Source of the DNA: Actinomycetota bacterium
Lineage (GTDB): Bacteria > Actinomycetota > UBA4738 > HRBIN12
Direction: 5' to 3'
Assembly: GCA_040511595.1 (NCBI GenBank)
Contig: JBEVGU010000101.1
Location: 1-60,997, forward strand
Length of the DNA stretch: 60,997 bases
Part shown: piece by piece, positions 21,400-30,379 of the stretch
Numbering within the stretch: position 1 is the first letter of the stretch
How the letters are laid out: every line of letters begins with the position of its first letter
The notes under the pieces: model-generated
Database searches by the model: none
Seen by the model: only the letters and a program-made list of their open reading frames with translations
Told to the model about the DNA's origin: nothing
Position numbers and translations under genes: made by a program

Positions 21400-22541
21400 G
21401 GTCGCGCCCCCACGAGGGCGGGGGCCCGCGAAGCGAGGTCCTCGAGGGCGTCCACGAGAGCGCCACGTGCGTCGGCGAGGGCCGCGTCCACGCCGATGCG
21501 GTCGGCGAGGGAGATCACCGGCACGCCCGGTGGATCGATCGATGCCTGACCGCACACGATCGCCGCCGGCACTCCAGCGAGCTCGCACGCCGAGAGCACA
21601 CCCGCCGGGACCTTGCCGCGCAACGACTGCTCGTCGAGCGACCCCTCCCCCGTGATCACCAGGTCGGCGCGGGCGATGCGGTCCGCAAGTCCGACCGCGT
21701 CGCTCACGACCTCGACGCCGGGCCGCAGGCCGGCGCCGCAGAACGCCATCAGGCCGAACCCGAGTCCGCCCGCCGCACCCGCCCCCGGCTCGTCCTTGAG
21801 CGCGACGCCGAGATCGCGCTCCACGACCGCGGCGAGGTGCCCCAGGGCGTGATCGAGCAGGGAAACGCCGTCGGGCGAGGCGCCCTTCTGGGGCCCGTAG
21901 ACCACGCTCGCCCCCTGTGGTCCGGTGAGCGGGTTGTCCACGTCGCAGGCGCCCGATACCGACACCGTGCCCAGCATCGGATGCATGTTCGACAGATCGA
22001 TGCTCGCGAGGCCGACGAGGGCCGCCCCGCCGTCGGTGATCGCCCGGCCCGCCCCGTCGAGGAAGCGGGCGCCGAGGGCAGCCGCCATGCCGGCCCCACC
22101 GTCGTTCGTGGCGCTTCCCCCGAGGCACACGACGAGGCGACTCGCGCCTGCTTCCATCGCCGCCGCCATCAGCTCGCCGGTGCCGCGCGTCGAGGCGCGG
22201 CGCGGGTCACGCCTCGAGTCTCCCAGGAGCGCGAGGCCGGACGCCCGTGCCATCTCCACGACGCCGATCCGCCCGTCGGAGGACGCGGAGCCCGGCGCCT
22301 GCGCGATGCCGAAGGCCGAGTCGAGCGGATCGCCCAGCGGCCCCGCGACCCGCGCGCGTTCGGCCCGCCCGCCGAGCGCCGCGATCAGCGCCTCCATGGT
22401 GCCCTCACCGCCGTCCGCCATGGGCACCAGCTCGAGGACGTCATCCGGGCGCTCACGTCGCCATCCGGCGGCCATCGCCTCGGCCGCCTGATGGGCGGTC
22501 AGCGTGCCGCGGAACTTGTCCGGAGCCAGCAGGATGCGCAT
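21396..22541 (-). CDS. Glycerate kinase
   Basis: ORF 21396..22541. Motifs: MRILLAPDKFRGTL, PMADGGEGT, GGSATNDGGAG. Confidence 0.85.
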   Translation of the reverse strand: MRILLAPDKFRGTLTAHQAAEAMAAGWRRERPDDVLELVPMADGGEGTMEALIAALGGRAERARVAGPLGDPLDSAFGIAQAPGSASSDGRIGVVEMARASGLALLGDSRRDPRRASTRGTGELMAAAMEAGASRLVVCLGGSATNDGGAGMAAALGARFLDGAGRAITDGGAALVGLASIDLSNMHPMLGTVSVSGACDVDNPLTGPQGASVVYGPQKGASPDGVSLLDHALGHLAAVVERDLGVALKDEPGAGAAGGLGFGLMAFCGAGLRPGVEVVSDAVGLADRIARADLVITGEGSLDEQSLRGKVPAGVLSACELAGVPAAIVCGQASIDPPGVPVISLADRIGVDAALADARGALVDALEDLASRAPALVGARP

Positions 22542-22547
22542 CCCCGG

Positions 22548-22553
22548 ATGCTA
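22548..22553 (-). promoter_or_regulatory. -10 hexamer TAGCAT, 6 nt upstream of ATG 22541 (leaderless-type)
   Basis: The minus strand reads TAGCAT-CCGGGG-ATG. Confidence 0.45.
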
Positions 22554-22619
22554 CGCTGCCCGCCGGCCCGCTCGGCGCGACCGCTCCGAGCCACGATGCC
22601 TCGGTGAGGGAGGACCGAC

Positions 22620-23450
22620 GTGAGCCTCGATCGCGAGCAGCTCCTGGGCGTCGCCTCCGCCGAGCGCCAACGCCTCGGCCGCATGATCCAGTTCGCCGAT
22701 CCCGAGACCTGGGAGCAGCCCAGCGCCGCCGACGGATGGTGGAACCGCGACGTGATCGCTCACCTCGCAGCCGGCGACACGATCGCCGCTCAGCTCGTAG
22801 CGGGCGAGTCCGCGACCGAGCTCGAGGAGTTCCGGGGGGCCCATCCCGACGTTCCCTTCGACATCGACGCGTTCAACGCCTGGACCGTCAGCCGCCGCTC
22901 GGGGCTCGAGACGCGCGAGGTGCTCACGCTCTGGGGCCGGGCCGCGGACTCGTTCCTAGCCCACTGCGCCACGCTCGACGACGCAGACTGGGCGTCGAAG
23001 CGATACGACTACATCGCCGGACCCATCGCGGCGCGCTACCTCGTGCAGACGCGAGTGGTCGAATGGTGGTTGCACGGCGAGGACGTTCGCGCCACGAACG
23101 GCCTCGGGCCGAACTACGAGCACTGGCCGATCCACCTCACGATCGATCTCGCCGTCCGCATGTTGCCCTGGTCGCTGGGGCGCGCCGGCTTCGACCTATC
23201 CGGGCTCACCGTCCGGGTCGATGCCGAGGGGGCCGGAGATGGGTCGTGGCACTGGGGGTTGGGCGGCGGCGAGGTGCCCGCCTCGCGGAAGCAGCCCGAC
23301 GCGACGATCAGCGGGCGCGCTCCGCAGCTCGCGCTCGTGGCGGGCCAGCGCCTCAAGCCCGACGACGTGCTCTCCTCAGGCAACGTGGTGCTCGGCGGCG
23401 ACCGAACGCTCGCGGACACCGTTCTCCGGCACCTGCGCGCCTACCCGTAG
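22620..23450 (+). CDS. Maleylpyruvate-isomerase-family, mycothiol-dependent (DinB-superfamily) protein with SCP2-like C-terminus
   Basis: ORF 22620..23450 with a GGGAGG SD 6 nt upstream of the GTG. Motifs: WWNRDVIAHLA, EWWLHGEDV. Confidence 0.75.
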   Translation: MSLDREQLLGVASAERQRLGRMIQFADPETWEQPSAADGWWNRDVIAHLAAGDTIAAQLVAGESATELEEFRGAHPDVPFDIDAFNAWTVSRRSGLETREVLTLWGRAADSFLAHCATLDDADWASKRYDYIAGPIAARYLVQTRVVEWWLHGEDVRATNGLGPNYEHWPIHLTIDLAVRMLPWSLGRAGFDLSGLTVRVDAEGAGDGSWHWGLGGGEVPASRKQPDATISGRAPQLALVAGQRLKPDDVLSSGNVVLGGDRTLADTVLRHLRAYP

Positions 23451-23486
23451 GGACGGCCAGGGGCGGACCGAGGATGTGCCGAGCTC

Positions 23487-24479
23487 TCAGCGCGTGACGA
23501 CGAGCCGCTTCACGGCCCGCGGGTGCGAGCCGAACCGATACTTGTACGCGTAGTCGCCCTTCAGCAGGTCGAAGCCGGCGCACCTCTCGTCGATCGCGAG
23601 CCGGATGTCCTCGGCCACGAGCACCATGCCGGGCGCGAGGTTCCCCCAGGAGCGATCGAACGCGGAGTTGTACAGGTACCACGTGCCACCCCAGACGAAC
23701 CCGATCGTGCCGGCAGCGAGCCCGCCGCCGACCTCGATGAACGTGAGGCGGAACACCCCCTCGGCGCAGAAGGCATCCCCGAGACGGCGGAAGAAGATCT
23801 CCATGCCCGGCACCAGGAACACACCCTTGGGCCCCTCCGACATGCGATGCAACTCCACGAACCGGTCGAGCAAGGACGTCAACGAACCGGCGTCGGCCGT
23901 GACGATCCGGAACGCGCCCGCTTCCTCGGTCAGCTTGCGAGCCTTGCGCTTGATCTCGTGGCGGTGCTTGGACGACAGAGCGCTGAGGTACTCGTCCCAC
24001 GCGGCGGGCAGGGGCAGGAAGGGCGCCACGCCGTTCTGGTCGTCGGTCTCCTCGACGGTGAGATCCGCGGCGGCCGCGGCATCGCGGAGCAGCCCGAGCC
24101 ACGCCCGGTCTTCGGGCAAGCCGCGGAGATCGGCGTCACGCCAATCGCCGCGCGTGAGCAGGGCCGTCCACAGCTCCTTCGCCATCGCGTCCTGCCGGTC
24201 GGGGAGCCCGACGGGACCCATGTAGTCGGTGACCTCGGTCCCGCCGAGGAACCGGAGCGTCTCACCGATGCGCTCGAACGCGACCGCGCCGACCTGGGTG
24301 CCGTCGTCCTCCTCGGCGAAGGCGAGCAGCAGGTGATCTGGCGTCTCCCCGAACTCCTCCCAGTAGAGCTTCAGGTACGCCGGGGTGTGGAAGAACGTGC
24401 CGCCGGGATCGGCCTCCACGAGCTCGTGCCACCCGCGCCGATGGAAGTCTCGCCCGTCCTCGCTGAACACGATGTGCAT
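23487..24479 (-). CDS. GNAT-fold acyltransferase, BioF2/CelD (Acetyltransf_6)-like
   Basis: ORF 23487..24479. Motifs: FHTPAYLKLYWEEFG, WYLYNSAFD, LLKGDYAYKYRFG. Confidence 0.7.
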   Translation of the reverse strand: MHIVFSEDGRDFHRRGWHELVEADPGGTFFHTPAYLKLYWEEFGETPDHLLLAFAEEDDGTQVGAVAFERIGETLRFLGGTEVTDYMGPVGLPDRQDAMAKELWTALLTRGDWRDADLRGLPEDRAWLGLLRDAAAAADLTVEETDDQNGVAPFLPLPAAWDEYLSALSSKHRHEIKRKARKLTEEAGAFRIVTADAGSLTSLLDRFVELHRMSEGPKGVFLVPGMEIFFRRLGDAFCAEGVFRLTFIEVGGGLAAGTIGFVWGGTWYLYNSAFDRSWGNLAPGMVLVAEDIRLAIDERCAGFDLLKGDYAYKYRFGSHPRAVKRLVVTR

Positions 24480-24488
24480 GTGCTGGAC

Positions 24489-24494
24489 ATGCTA
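24489..24494 (-). promoter_or_regulatory. -10 hexamer TAGCAT, 9 nt upstream of ATG 24479
   Basis: The minus strand reads TAGCAT-GTCCAGCAC-ATG, no SD. Confidence 0.35.
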
Positions 24495-24591
24495 CGGAAC
24501 GGCGAGCTCACGAACGACGCCCGGAGGCGAGGCGTCTCTCGAGACCAGGCACACGGGTTCCCCGAACATGGAACTCCCTGTGGCGGAAGGG

Positions 24592-26397
24592 TCACCAGCT
24601 GCCACCGCCGCCCCCTCCGCCTCCGCCGCCCGAGAACCCGCCGCCTGAGAACCCGCTCGAGCCGGAGCCTGAGGGGGTCGAGGCGATCGTGCCGCCGGTC
24701 GTGACCGCGAACCCCTCCATGGAGTCGGCGAACTGCGCGAATGCGAACGGGTACGGCGAGACGTACCAGCTCGTGTCCGGCTGCACCCCGAGGGCCTCGA
24801 ACGCCTTCGCCCACTTGTCCGTGGCACCGAAGACCACGGCGAACGGCAGGAACCGGGTGAACACCAGCTCCTTCTCGGCCCAGTGCGACATGTGGGTCTC
24901 CGCGGTCTCGATGACGGTGCGGAAGCCTCGCACGCGCCGAAGCAGAGCCGTGCCCTTTGCGGCGCGCGCGGGCATGCGCTTGGCGTTCACGAGGAGCGCC
25001 ACCGCCCCGAGGAACAACGGGATCCCGAGCAGTCCCCAGTGGGTGAGGGCCGCGAGCGCGAACGTCACGCCCGCTGCGACGATCACGGCCAGCACGCCGA
25101 AGCCGTACCAGCGGGTGCGGACCTTGTCCGGTCGTTCCGAGAACCACCCGCGCTGCACGGCGTCGGTGTAGAGCGACTCCTGCACCCCCTTGAGCCGCTC
25201 GGCGAACGTGTTCTTCAGCTCCGAGATCGTGACCTCGCTGCCGTCGCGGAAGATCCCGTTCAGGAGTCGGCGCTCGTACGTGAGCAGGTCGTCGTCGGGC
25301 TTCTCGAGGCGGATCAGGCGCCAATCGGGCTTCCCGAACCATCCGTCCTTCGGGATCTCCTGGATCAACACGTACCCTCGGACGGCGAGGTCGACCAGCG
25401 TGGCTGAGACGTCGAGCACGTTCGCCTGCTCGTCGATCAGGGTTCCCATCTGGCCCGGGCGCATGTCTTCGGGCGGAGCGAACTCGACGGGCGCCGACGC
25501 ATCGGCCTCGCCGAGGGGCACGGCCTGCTCCTCGCCCGTTGGATTCCCCATGACCTGGTCGACCTGCGAGCCTCGGAACCGCCGGTCGCGCCCACGTCGC
25601 CACACCAGGGCGACGACGCCGCCGATCGCGGCGATCCCGAGCGTGGCGCTGGCCCCCACGGTCGCGGGGGTCGCCTCGAACGCCCGGCCGAACGACCACC
25701 GTTCCTCCAGCACGGGCACCGGCTCGGGCACCGCGCCCTTGGGCAGCCCGACCACGACCGTCACCCCGCTGAACGAGCCGAGATCCCTCTGCGCGAACCG
25801 CGCGGTCGCGCCGCTCGACGTCGCGCGGTCACACGGCAGGGTCGACCCCCTGTACCCCTGGAAGCAGGCCACCTGGGTGATGTCCGCCGGGGCCTGCACC
25901 CTCACCGTGGCTCGCTCGATCGGCGCCGACCACTCCGTGCCGATCGCGTTCCAGTACAGCTCGTCGTGATCGCGGAAGCCGTTCAGAGCGGCCTCGACGG
26001 TGTACGTGAGCTCGTACGTGTGCCGGCCGGTGATCTCGGTGTCGGCATCGCCCACCCGGATGCGGGTGATGCCGCCCTCGACCGATTCGACCTCGTAGTT
26101 CGCGGGCGTGCCCTCGGAAGCCTCCACCCGAACGACGTCGAGGGGGTAGATGCGGTCGTCGGTGTCGTCATAGCGCAGCCGAGTCGGGATGTCGCGAAGG
26201 ATGCCGTGGCGGGGGGTGGAGCCGAAGTCGTATTCGATCGTCTCCACGATCGCGAGCGTACCGTCGTCGCGGATATCGATCGCTACGTCGTAGCTCGTGA
26301 TGCGCTCGCCGACCTGAGCGTGCGCGGGCGACGACGCCAGCAGCGCCGTGGCGACCGCGAGGCCGGCGAGCGCGAGCAGGCGTCGGGTGCTCCTCAC
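24592..26397 (-). CDS. DUF2207-family membrane protein with signal peptide and Gly-rich C-terminal tail
   Basis: ORF 24592..26859 trimmed to GTG 26397 (GTGA overlap with the upstream stop). The N-terminus VRSTRRLLALAGLAVATALLASSPAHA is signal-like. Tail: SGSGSSGFSGGGFSGGGGGGGGGGSW. Confidence 0.7.
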   Translation of the reverse strand: MRSTRRLLALAGLAVATALLASSPAHAQVGERITSYDVAIDIRDDGTLAIVETIEYDFGSTPRHGILRDIPTRLRYDDTDDRIYPLDVVRVEASEGTPANYEVESVEGGITRIRVGDADTEITGRHTYELTYTVEAALNGFRDHDELYWNAIGTEWSAPIERATVRVQAPADITQVACFQGYRGSTLPCDRATSSGATARFAQRDLGSFSGVTVVVGLPKGAVPEPVPVLEERWSFGRAFEATPATVGASATLGIAAIGGVVALVWRRGRDRRFRGSQVDQVMGNPTGEEQAVPLGEADASAPVEFAPPEDMRPGQMGTLIDEQANVLDVSATLVDLAVRGYVLIQEIPKDGWFGKPDWRLIRLEKPDDDLLTYERRLLNGIFRDGSEVTISELKNTFAERLKGVQESLYTDAVQRGWFSERPDKVRTRWYGFGVLAVIVAAGVTFALAALTHWGLLGIPLFLGAVALLVNAKRMPARAAKGTALLRRVRGFRTVIETAETHMSHWAEKELVFTRFLPFAVVFGATDKWAKAFEALGVQPDTSWYVSPYPFAFAQFADSMEGFAVTTGGTIASTPSGSGSSGFSGGGFSGGGGGGGGGGSW

Positions 26398-27458
26398 AGG
26401 TGCTCCACGAAGAAGAACGAGATGGCCATGATCACGTACGCGCCCGTGAGTTGGGCGCCCTCCAACCAGTTGCTTCGGCCGTCGCTCGAGATCATGAAGA
26501 CCAGCACGGTCGAGAGCGCGACGGCCGCGACCTCGAACGTCGAGAAGATGAAGTCCATCGGGTGGCCCACCGCCAGCGAGATGAAGACCAGAGCCGGCGC
26601 GACGAACAAGGCGATCTGGGTCGAGGAGCCGATCGCGATCTCGAGCGTGACGTCGACCTTGTTCCGCATCGCGAACAGCACCGCCGACGAGTGCTCCGCG
26701 GCGTTGCCGATGATCGGGATCAGGATCAGGCCGACGAAGAACTCCGAGAGGCCGATCTCCTCGAGGGCGGGCTCGAGCGATCCGACGAGGAACTCCGACA
26801 TCAGCGCCACCAGACCGGTGGCGAGCACCAAGACGACGATCGCCTTGCCCCGGGACCAAGCCGGGCGCTCCCCCACATCGGGCGTATGGAACAGGTGCTC
26901 ATGCGTGACGAGCATGAACGCGAGGGCGCCCACGTAGAGCAGGATCAGCACCGCCGCGACGATGCCGCTCACGACTTCGCGCTGCAGCACGTTCTCGCCG
27001 TTGGATCCGAGCGCGAACAACGCCGGCATCAGCAGCCCCGTCACGGCCAGCACGAGGGAGGTGGAGTGCACCGAGGCAGCGTTCGCGCTGTAGTGCTGTT
27101 CCTTGTGGCGGAGCCCCCCGAAGAGGAACGACACCCCGAGCACGAGCAGCAGGTTCCCGAGGATCGAGCCCGTCAGCGACGCCTTCACGATCTCCGTGCG
27201 GTCGTCGAGGATCAGGAACACGGCGATGATGAGCTCCGTCACGTTGCCGAACGTGGCGTTGATCAATCCGCCGAGGCGCGGACCGGTGTGCAGGGCGAGC
27301 TGCTCGGTCGAGCGCCCGATCACGCCCGCGAGCGGCAGGATGGCGGCCGCGGACGTGAGGAAGATCGCGAGATCGGGGCCACCCGCCAGCTCGAGCGCGA
27401 TCGCGACCGGCACGAGCGCGAGCAGCCAGTCGAGCGAAGGCGTGATCCGACGGTTCAC
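26394..27458 (-). CDS. Ca2+/H+ antiporter (CAX/ChaA family)
   Basis: ORF 26394..27458 with a GTG start. Both alpha-repeat signatures are present: GNVTELIIAV and GNAAEHSSAV. Confidence 0.9.
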   Translation of the reverse strand: MNRRITPSLDWLLALVPVAIALELAGGPDLAIFLTSAAAILPLAGVIGRSTEQLALHTGPRLGGLINATFGNVTELIIAVFLILDDRTEIVKASLTGSILGNLLLVLGVSFLFGGLRHKEQHYSANAASVHSTSLVLAVTGLLMPALFALGSNGENVLQREVVSGIVAAVLILLYVGALAFMLVTHEHLFHTPDVGERPAWSRGKAIVVLVLATGLVALMSEFLVGSLEPALEEIGLSEFFVGLILIPIIGNAAEHSSAVLFAMRNKVDVTLEIAIGSSTQIALFVAPALVFISLAVGHPMDFIFSTFEVAAVALSTVLVFMISSDGRSNWLEGAQLTGAYVIMAISFFFVEHL

Positions 27459-27465
27459 GCCGCGA

Positions 27466-27471
27466 AGCCTA
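27466..27471 (-). promoter_or_regulatory. -10 hexamer TAGGCT, 7 nt upstream of GTG 27458 (leaderless-type), in the 18-nt gap after sufU
   Basis: The minus strand reads TGA-GCC-TC-TAGGCT-TCGCGGC-GTG. Confidence 0.4.
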
Positions 27472-27476
27472 GAGGC

Positions 27477-27935
27477 TCAGCCCGGCGTGTGGGGCCGATC
27501 GCCGGATGCGCTCCCGGCGCCGTCGAGCGCGTCCTGCAGGACGTCCCAGGCGAGCACGGCGCACTTGATACGGATCGGGTACTGCACCACGCCCTTGAGC
27601 GCCACGAGGTCGCCGAAGCGGTCCTCGTCGGGTTCGGCCTCGCCGGCCATCATGCCGCGGAAGTCGGCCACCAACGCCTTCGCGTCCTCGACGTTCGCCC
27701 CGGTGACCGCCTCGGTCATCATCGAGGCGCTCGACTGGCTGATCGAGCATCCGGCGCCCTGGAACGCCACGTCGGCGATCGAGGCGCCCTCGACGTGGGC
27801 GAAGACCGTGATCTCGTCGCCGCACAGCGGGTTGTTGGCATGGCGCTGAAGCTCCGCGCCCGGCAGCTCCCGCTTGTTCCTCGGGTTCTTGTAGTGATCG
27901 AGGATGACTTCCTTGTAGATGTCGTCGAGCGCCAC
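27477..27935 (-). CDS. sufU: SufU-type Fe-S cluster assembly sulfur acceptor/scaffold
   Basis: ORF 27477..27935. Motifs: NPLCGDEI, GAGCSISQSSASMM, KCAVLAW. Confidence 0.9.
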   Translation of the reverse strand: MALDDIYKEVILDHYKNPRNKRELPGAELQRHANNPLCGDEITVFAHVEGASIADVAFQGAGCSISQSSASMMTEAVTGANVEDAKALVADFRGMMAGEAEPDEDRFGDLVALKGVVQYPIRIKCAVLAWDVLQDALDGAGSASGDRPHTPG

Positions 27936-27961
27936 GGTTCGCCTTTCGTACGGATAACGGG

Positions 27962-29203
27962 TCAGATCGCGAAGATCGCCTCGGCCTTCGCGAGGGCCTC
28001 GACCAGCGCGTCGACCTCGTCCTTCGTGTTGTACACGTAGAACGAGGCCCGGGCCGTCGCCGGCACACCGTAGCGGCGCATCACGAGCTGAGCGCAGTGG
28101 TGCCCGGCGCGGATCGCGACGCCCTCCTCGTTCAGGATCGTCGCGAGGTCATGCGGGTGGACGTCCTTGAACCAGAAGCTCACGGCGCCCCCGCGGATGC
28201 TCGCGTCCTTGGGACCGAACACCGTCGCGCCGGCGTCGAGCAGCCGGTCCAGCGCGTATCGCGTGATCTCCTCCTCGTGCGCGCGAACGCTCGGCATGCC
28301 CAGCCGCTCGAGGTAGCCGATCGCGGCCGCGAGGCCGACCTGCTGGGCGATCGGCATCGTGCCGGCCTCGAACTTGAAGGGAGCGGACTTGTACGTGCTG
28401 TGGTCGTGGAAAACCTCGTGGATCATCTCCCCGCCCCCGAGCATGGGATCCATCGACTCGAGCACCTCGTACCGCCCGTACAGGCCGCCGCTCGCCGTCG
28501 GCCCCAGCATCTTGTGCCCCGTGAACCCGAGCAGATCGACGTCGAGCGCCTCGACGTCGATCGGCGTGTGCGGCGCCAACTGCGCGGCGTCGACCGCGAT
28601 CACCGCCCCCATCGCGTGCGCGGCGTCGGCCAGTTGCCGTAGCGGCGTGATCGTGCCGAGCGCGTTCGACATGCCGGTGACGCTCACGATCTTCGTGCGT
28701 TCGGTGAGCAGCGCCCCGAGCTGCGACAGGTCGAGCAGGCCGTCGTCGGTGAGCGGGATGTAGCGGAGCGTAGCCCCGGTGACGGCCGCGGTCATCTGCC
28801 ACGGCACGATGTTCGAGTGGTGCTCCATCTCGGTGATGAGGATCTCGTCACCCTCGCGCAGGTGCTTGCGGCCCCAGCCCTGCGCGACGAGGTTCATCGA
28901 CTCGGTGACGCCCCGGGTGAACACGATCGTGCGGGGGTCCGGCGCTCCGAGGAAGCGGGCGATCGTGGCCCGGGCCCCCTCGTACGCCTCGGTGGCCTCC
29001 TCGCCGAGCTCGTAGATGCCCCGATGGGCGTTCGCGTTGTGACGGCGGGTGAACTCCGACACGGCGTCGATCACCTGGTTCGGCTTCTGCGACGTCGCTG
29101 CGCTGTCGAGGTACACGAGCGGGTGGTCACCCATCGTGCGCGAGAGGATCGGGAAGTCGCGCCGGATCGCCTCGACATCGAGCCCACCAACGTGATCGCT
29201 CAT
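27962..29203 (-). CDS. sufS: Cysteine desulfurase SufS (group II)
   Basis: ORF 27962..29203. Motifs: FTGHKMLGPT, RAGHHCAQ. Confidence 0.95.
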   Translation of the reverse strand: MSDHVGGLDVEAIRRDFPILSRTMGDHPLVYLDSAATSQKPNQVIDAVSEFTRRHNANAHRGIYELGEEATEAYEGARATIARFLGAPDPRTIVFTRGVTESMNLVAQGWGRKHLREGDEILITEMEHHSNIVPWQMTAAVTGATLRYIPLTDDGLLDLSQLGALLTERTKIVSVTGMSNALGTITPLRQLADAAHAMGAVIAVDAAQLAPHTPIDVEALDVDLLGFTGHKMLGPTASGGLYGRYEVLESMDPMLGGGEMIHEVFHDHSTYKSAPFKFEAGTMPIAQQVGLAAAIGYLERLGMPSVRAHEEEITRYALDRLLDAGATVFGPKDASIRGGAVSFWFKDVHPHDLATILNEEGVAIRAGHHCAQLVMRRYGVPATARASFYVYNTKDEVDALVEALAKAEAIFAI

Positions 29204-29236
29204 GGCCCTTGCTCCCTCGGACGTGCTCGGATGTGT

Positions 29237-30058
29237 CTACCCCACCTCGACGGTGGCCTCGGTTCCGAGCCCGAGCTCCTTGCGGATGCCCTCGTAGCCC
29301 TTCTCCTCGAGCTCGTTGGCGAGCTCCGCACCGCCGGACTTCACGATACGCCCCTCCATCATCACGTGAACCCGGTCGGGCGTGATGTGGTTCAGGATGC
29401 GCTGGTAATGGGTGATCAGGAGCACGCCGAGATCGGGGCCGACGAGCTCGTTCACGCCTTCGGCGACGAGCTTCAACGAGTCGATGTCGAGCCCGGAATC
29501 GGTCTCGTCGAGGATCGCGATGCGTGGTTCCAGCACGGCGAGCTGGAGCACCTCGTTCCGCTTCTTCTCGCCGCCCGAGAACCCCTGGTTGACGTAACGG
29601 TTCACCATCGCGTCGTCGATGCTCAGGCGGTCCATCTGTCCCTTCATGTGCTTGCGGAACGCGAGCGCGCTCACCTGCTCGCCTTTGACCGCCTGGTAGG
29701 CCGTGCGCAGGAAGTTCACGACGGAGACCCCGGGCACCTCGGTGGGGTATTGCAGCGCCAGGAACAACCCCCGCTTGGCCCGCGCGTCGGGCGTGAGCGC
29801 GGTGATGTCCTCGCCGTTGAAGATCACGGTGCCACCGGTGATCACGTAGCCGGGACGGCCCATGATCACGTTGCTGAGCGTGGACTTGCCCGAGCCGTTG
29901 GGGCCCATCAGGGCATGCGTCTCGCCCTGCCGCACGATCAGGTCGATGCCGCGCAGGATCTCCTTGCCCTCGACCGTCGCGTGCAGGTCGCGCACCTCGA
30001 GGGTCGCCGGGGTGATGCCGCTGCCGTTCGTCCGGGTGCCGTTCGTCTCGTCGCTCAT
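29237..30058 (-). CDS. sufC: Fe-S assembly ATPase SufC
   Basis: ORF 29237..30058. Walker A GPNGSGKST, signature FSGGEKKR, Walker B AILDETDSGLD. Confidence 0.95.
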   Translation of the reverse strand: MSDETNGTRTNGSGITPATLEVRDLHATVEGKEILRGIDLIVRQGETHALMGPNGSGKSTLSNVIMGRPGYVITGGTVIFNGEDITALTPDARAKRGLFLALQYPTEVPGVSVVNFLRTAYQAVKGEQVSALAFRKHMKGQMDRLSIDDAMVNRYVNQGFSGGEKKRNEVLQLAVLEPRIAILDETDSGLDIDSLKLVAEGVNELVGPDLGVLLITHYQRILNHITPDRVHVMMEGRIVKSGGAELANELEEKGYEGIRKELGLGTEATVEVG

Positions 30059-30064
30059 CTCGTG

Positions 30065-30379
30065 TCACACCTCGATCAGGATGTCGTCGCCGTCGGTCGT
30101 GACCGGGAACACGTCGACCGGCTGCGTCGCCGGCAGGGTGCGCGGGTTCCCGGTGTTGAGGTCGAACGTCGAGCCGTGCTTCGGGCACTCGATCGTCGCG
30201 AGGTCGACGTCGACCTCACCCTCGTCCAGGTAGTACTTCTCGTGGCTGCAGATCGCGTCGAGCGCGCGGAAACCTTCCTCGCCCAGGTTCACGACAGCGA
30301 CGAGGCGGCCGTCGATGGAGTAGCGGCGCGCTTCGCCGGCCGGCACGTCCTTCGTCTCGCACACACGGACGGCCCTCAT
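30065..30379 (-). CDS. Rieske [2Fe-2S] domain protein embedded in the suf operon
   Basis: ORF 30065..30379. CSH ... CPKH ligand motifs. Its start overlaps the sufD stop. Confidence 0.85.
   Translation of the reverse strand: MRAVRVCETKDVPAGEARRYSIDGRLVAVVNLGEEGFRALDAICSHEKYYLDEGEVDVDLATIECPKHGSTFDLNTGNPRTLPATQPVDVFPVTTDGDDILIEV

Noticed and set aside
20929-22128. 399-aa ORF suggesting a large fusion protein
   Set aside because: Only the last 156 aa (YbaK-like, from ATG 21399) are credible. The upstream part is an out-of-frame read through the glycerate kinase gene.
24592-24690. GGC/GCC-rich low-complexity DNA that could be taken for a repeat array
   Set aside because: It is in frame and encodes the poly-Gly/Ser tail common to DUF2207 proteins. 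It is not an independent repeat element.
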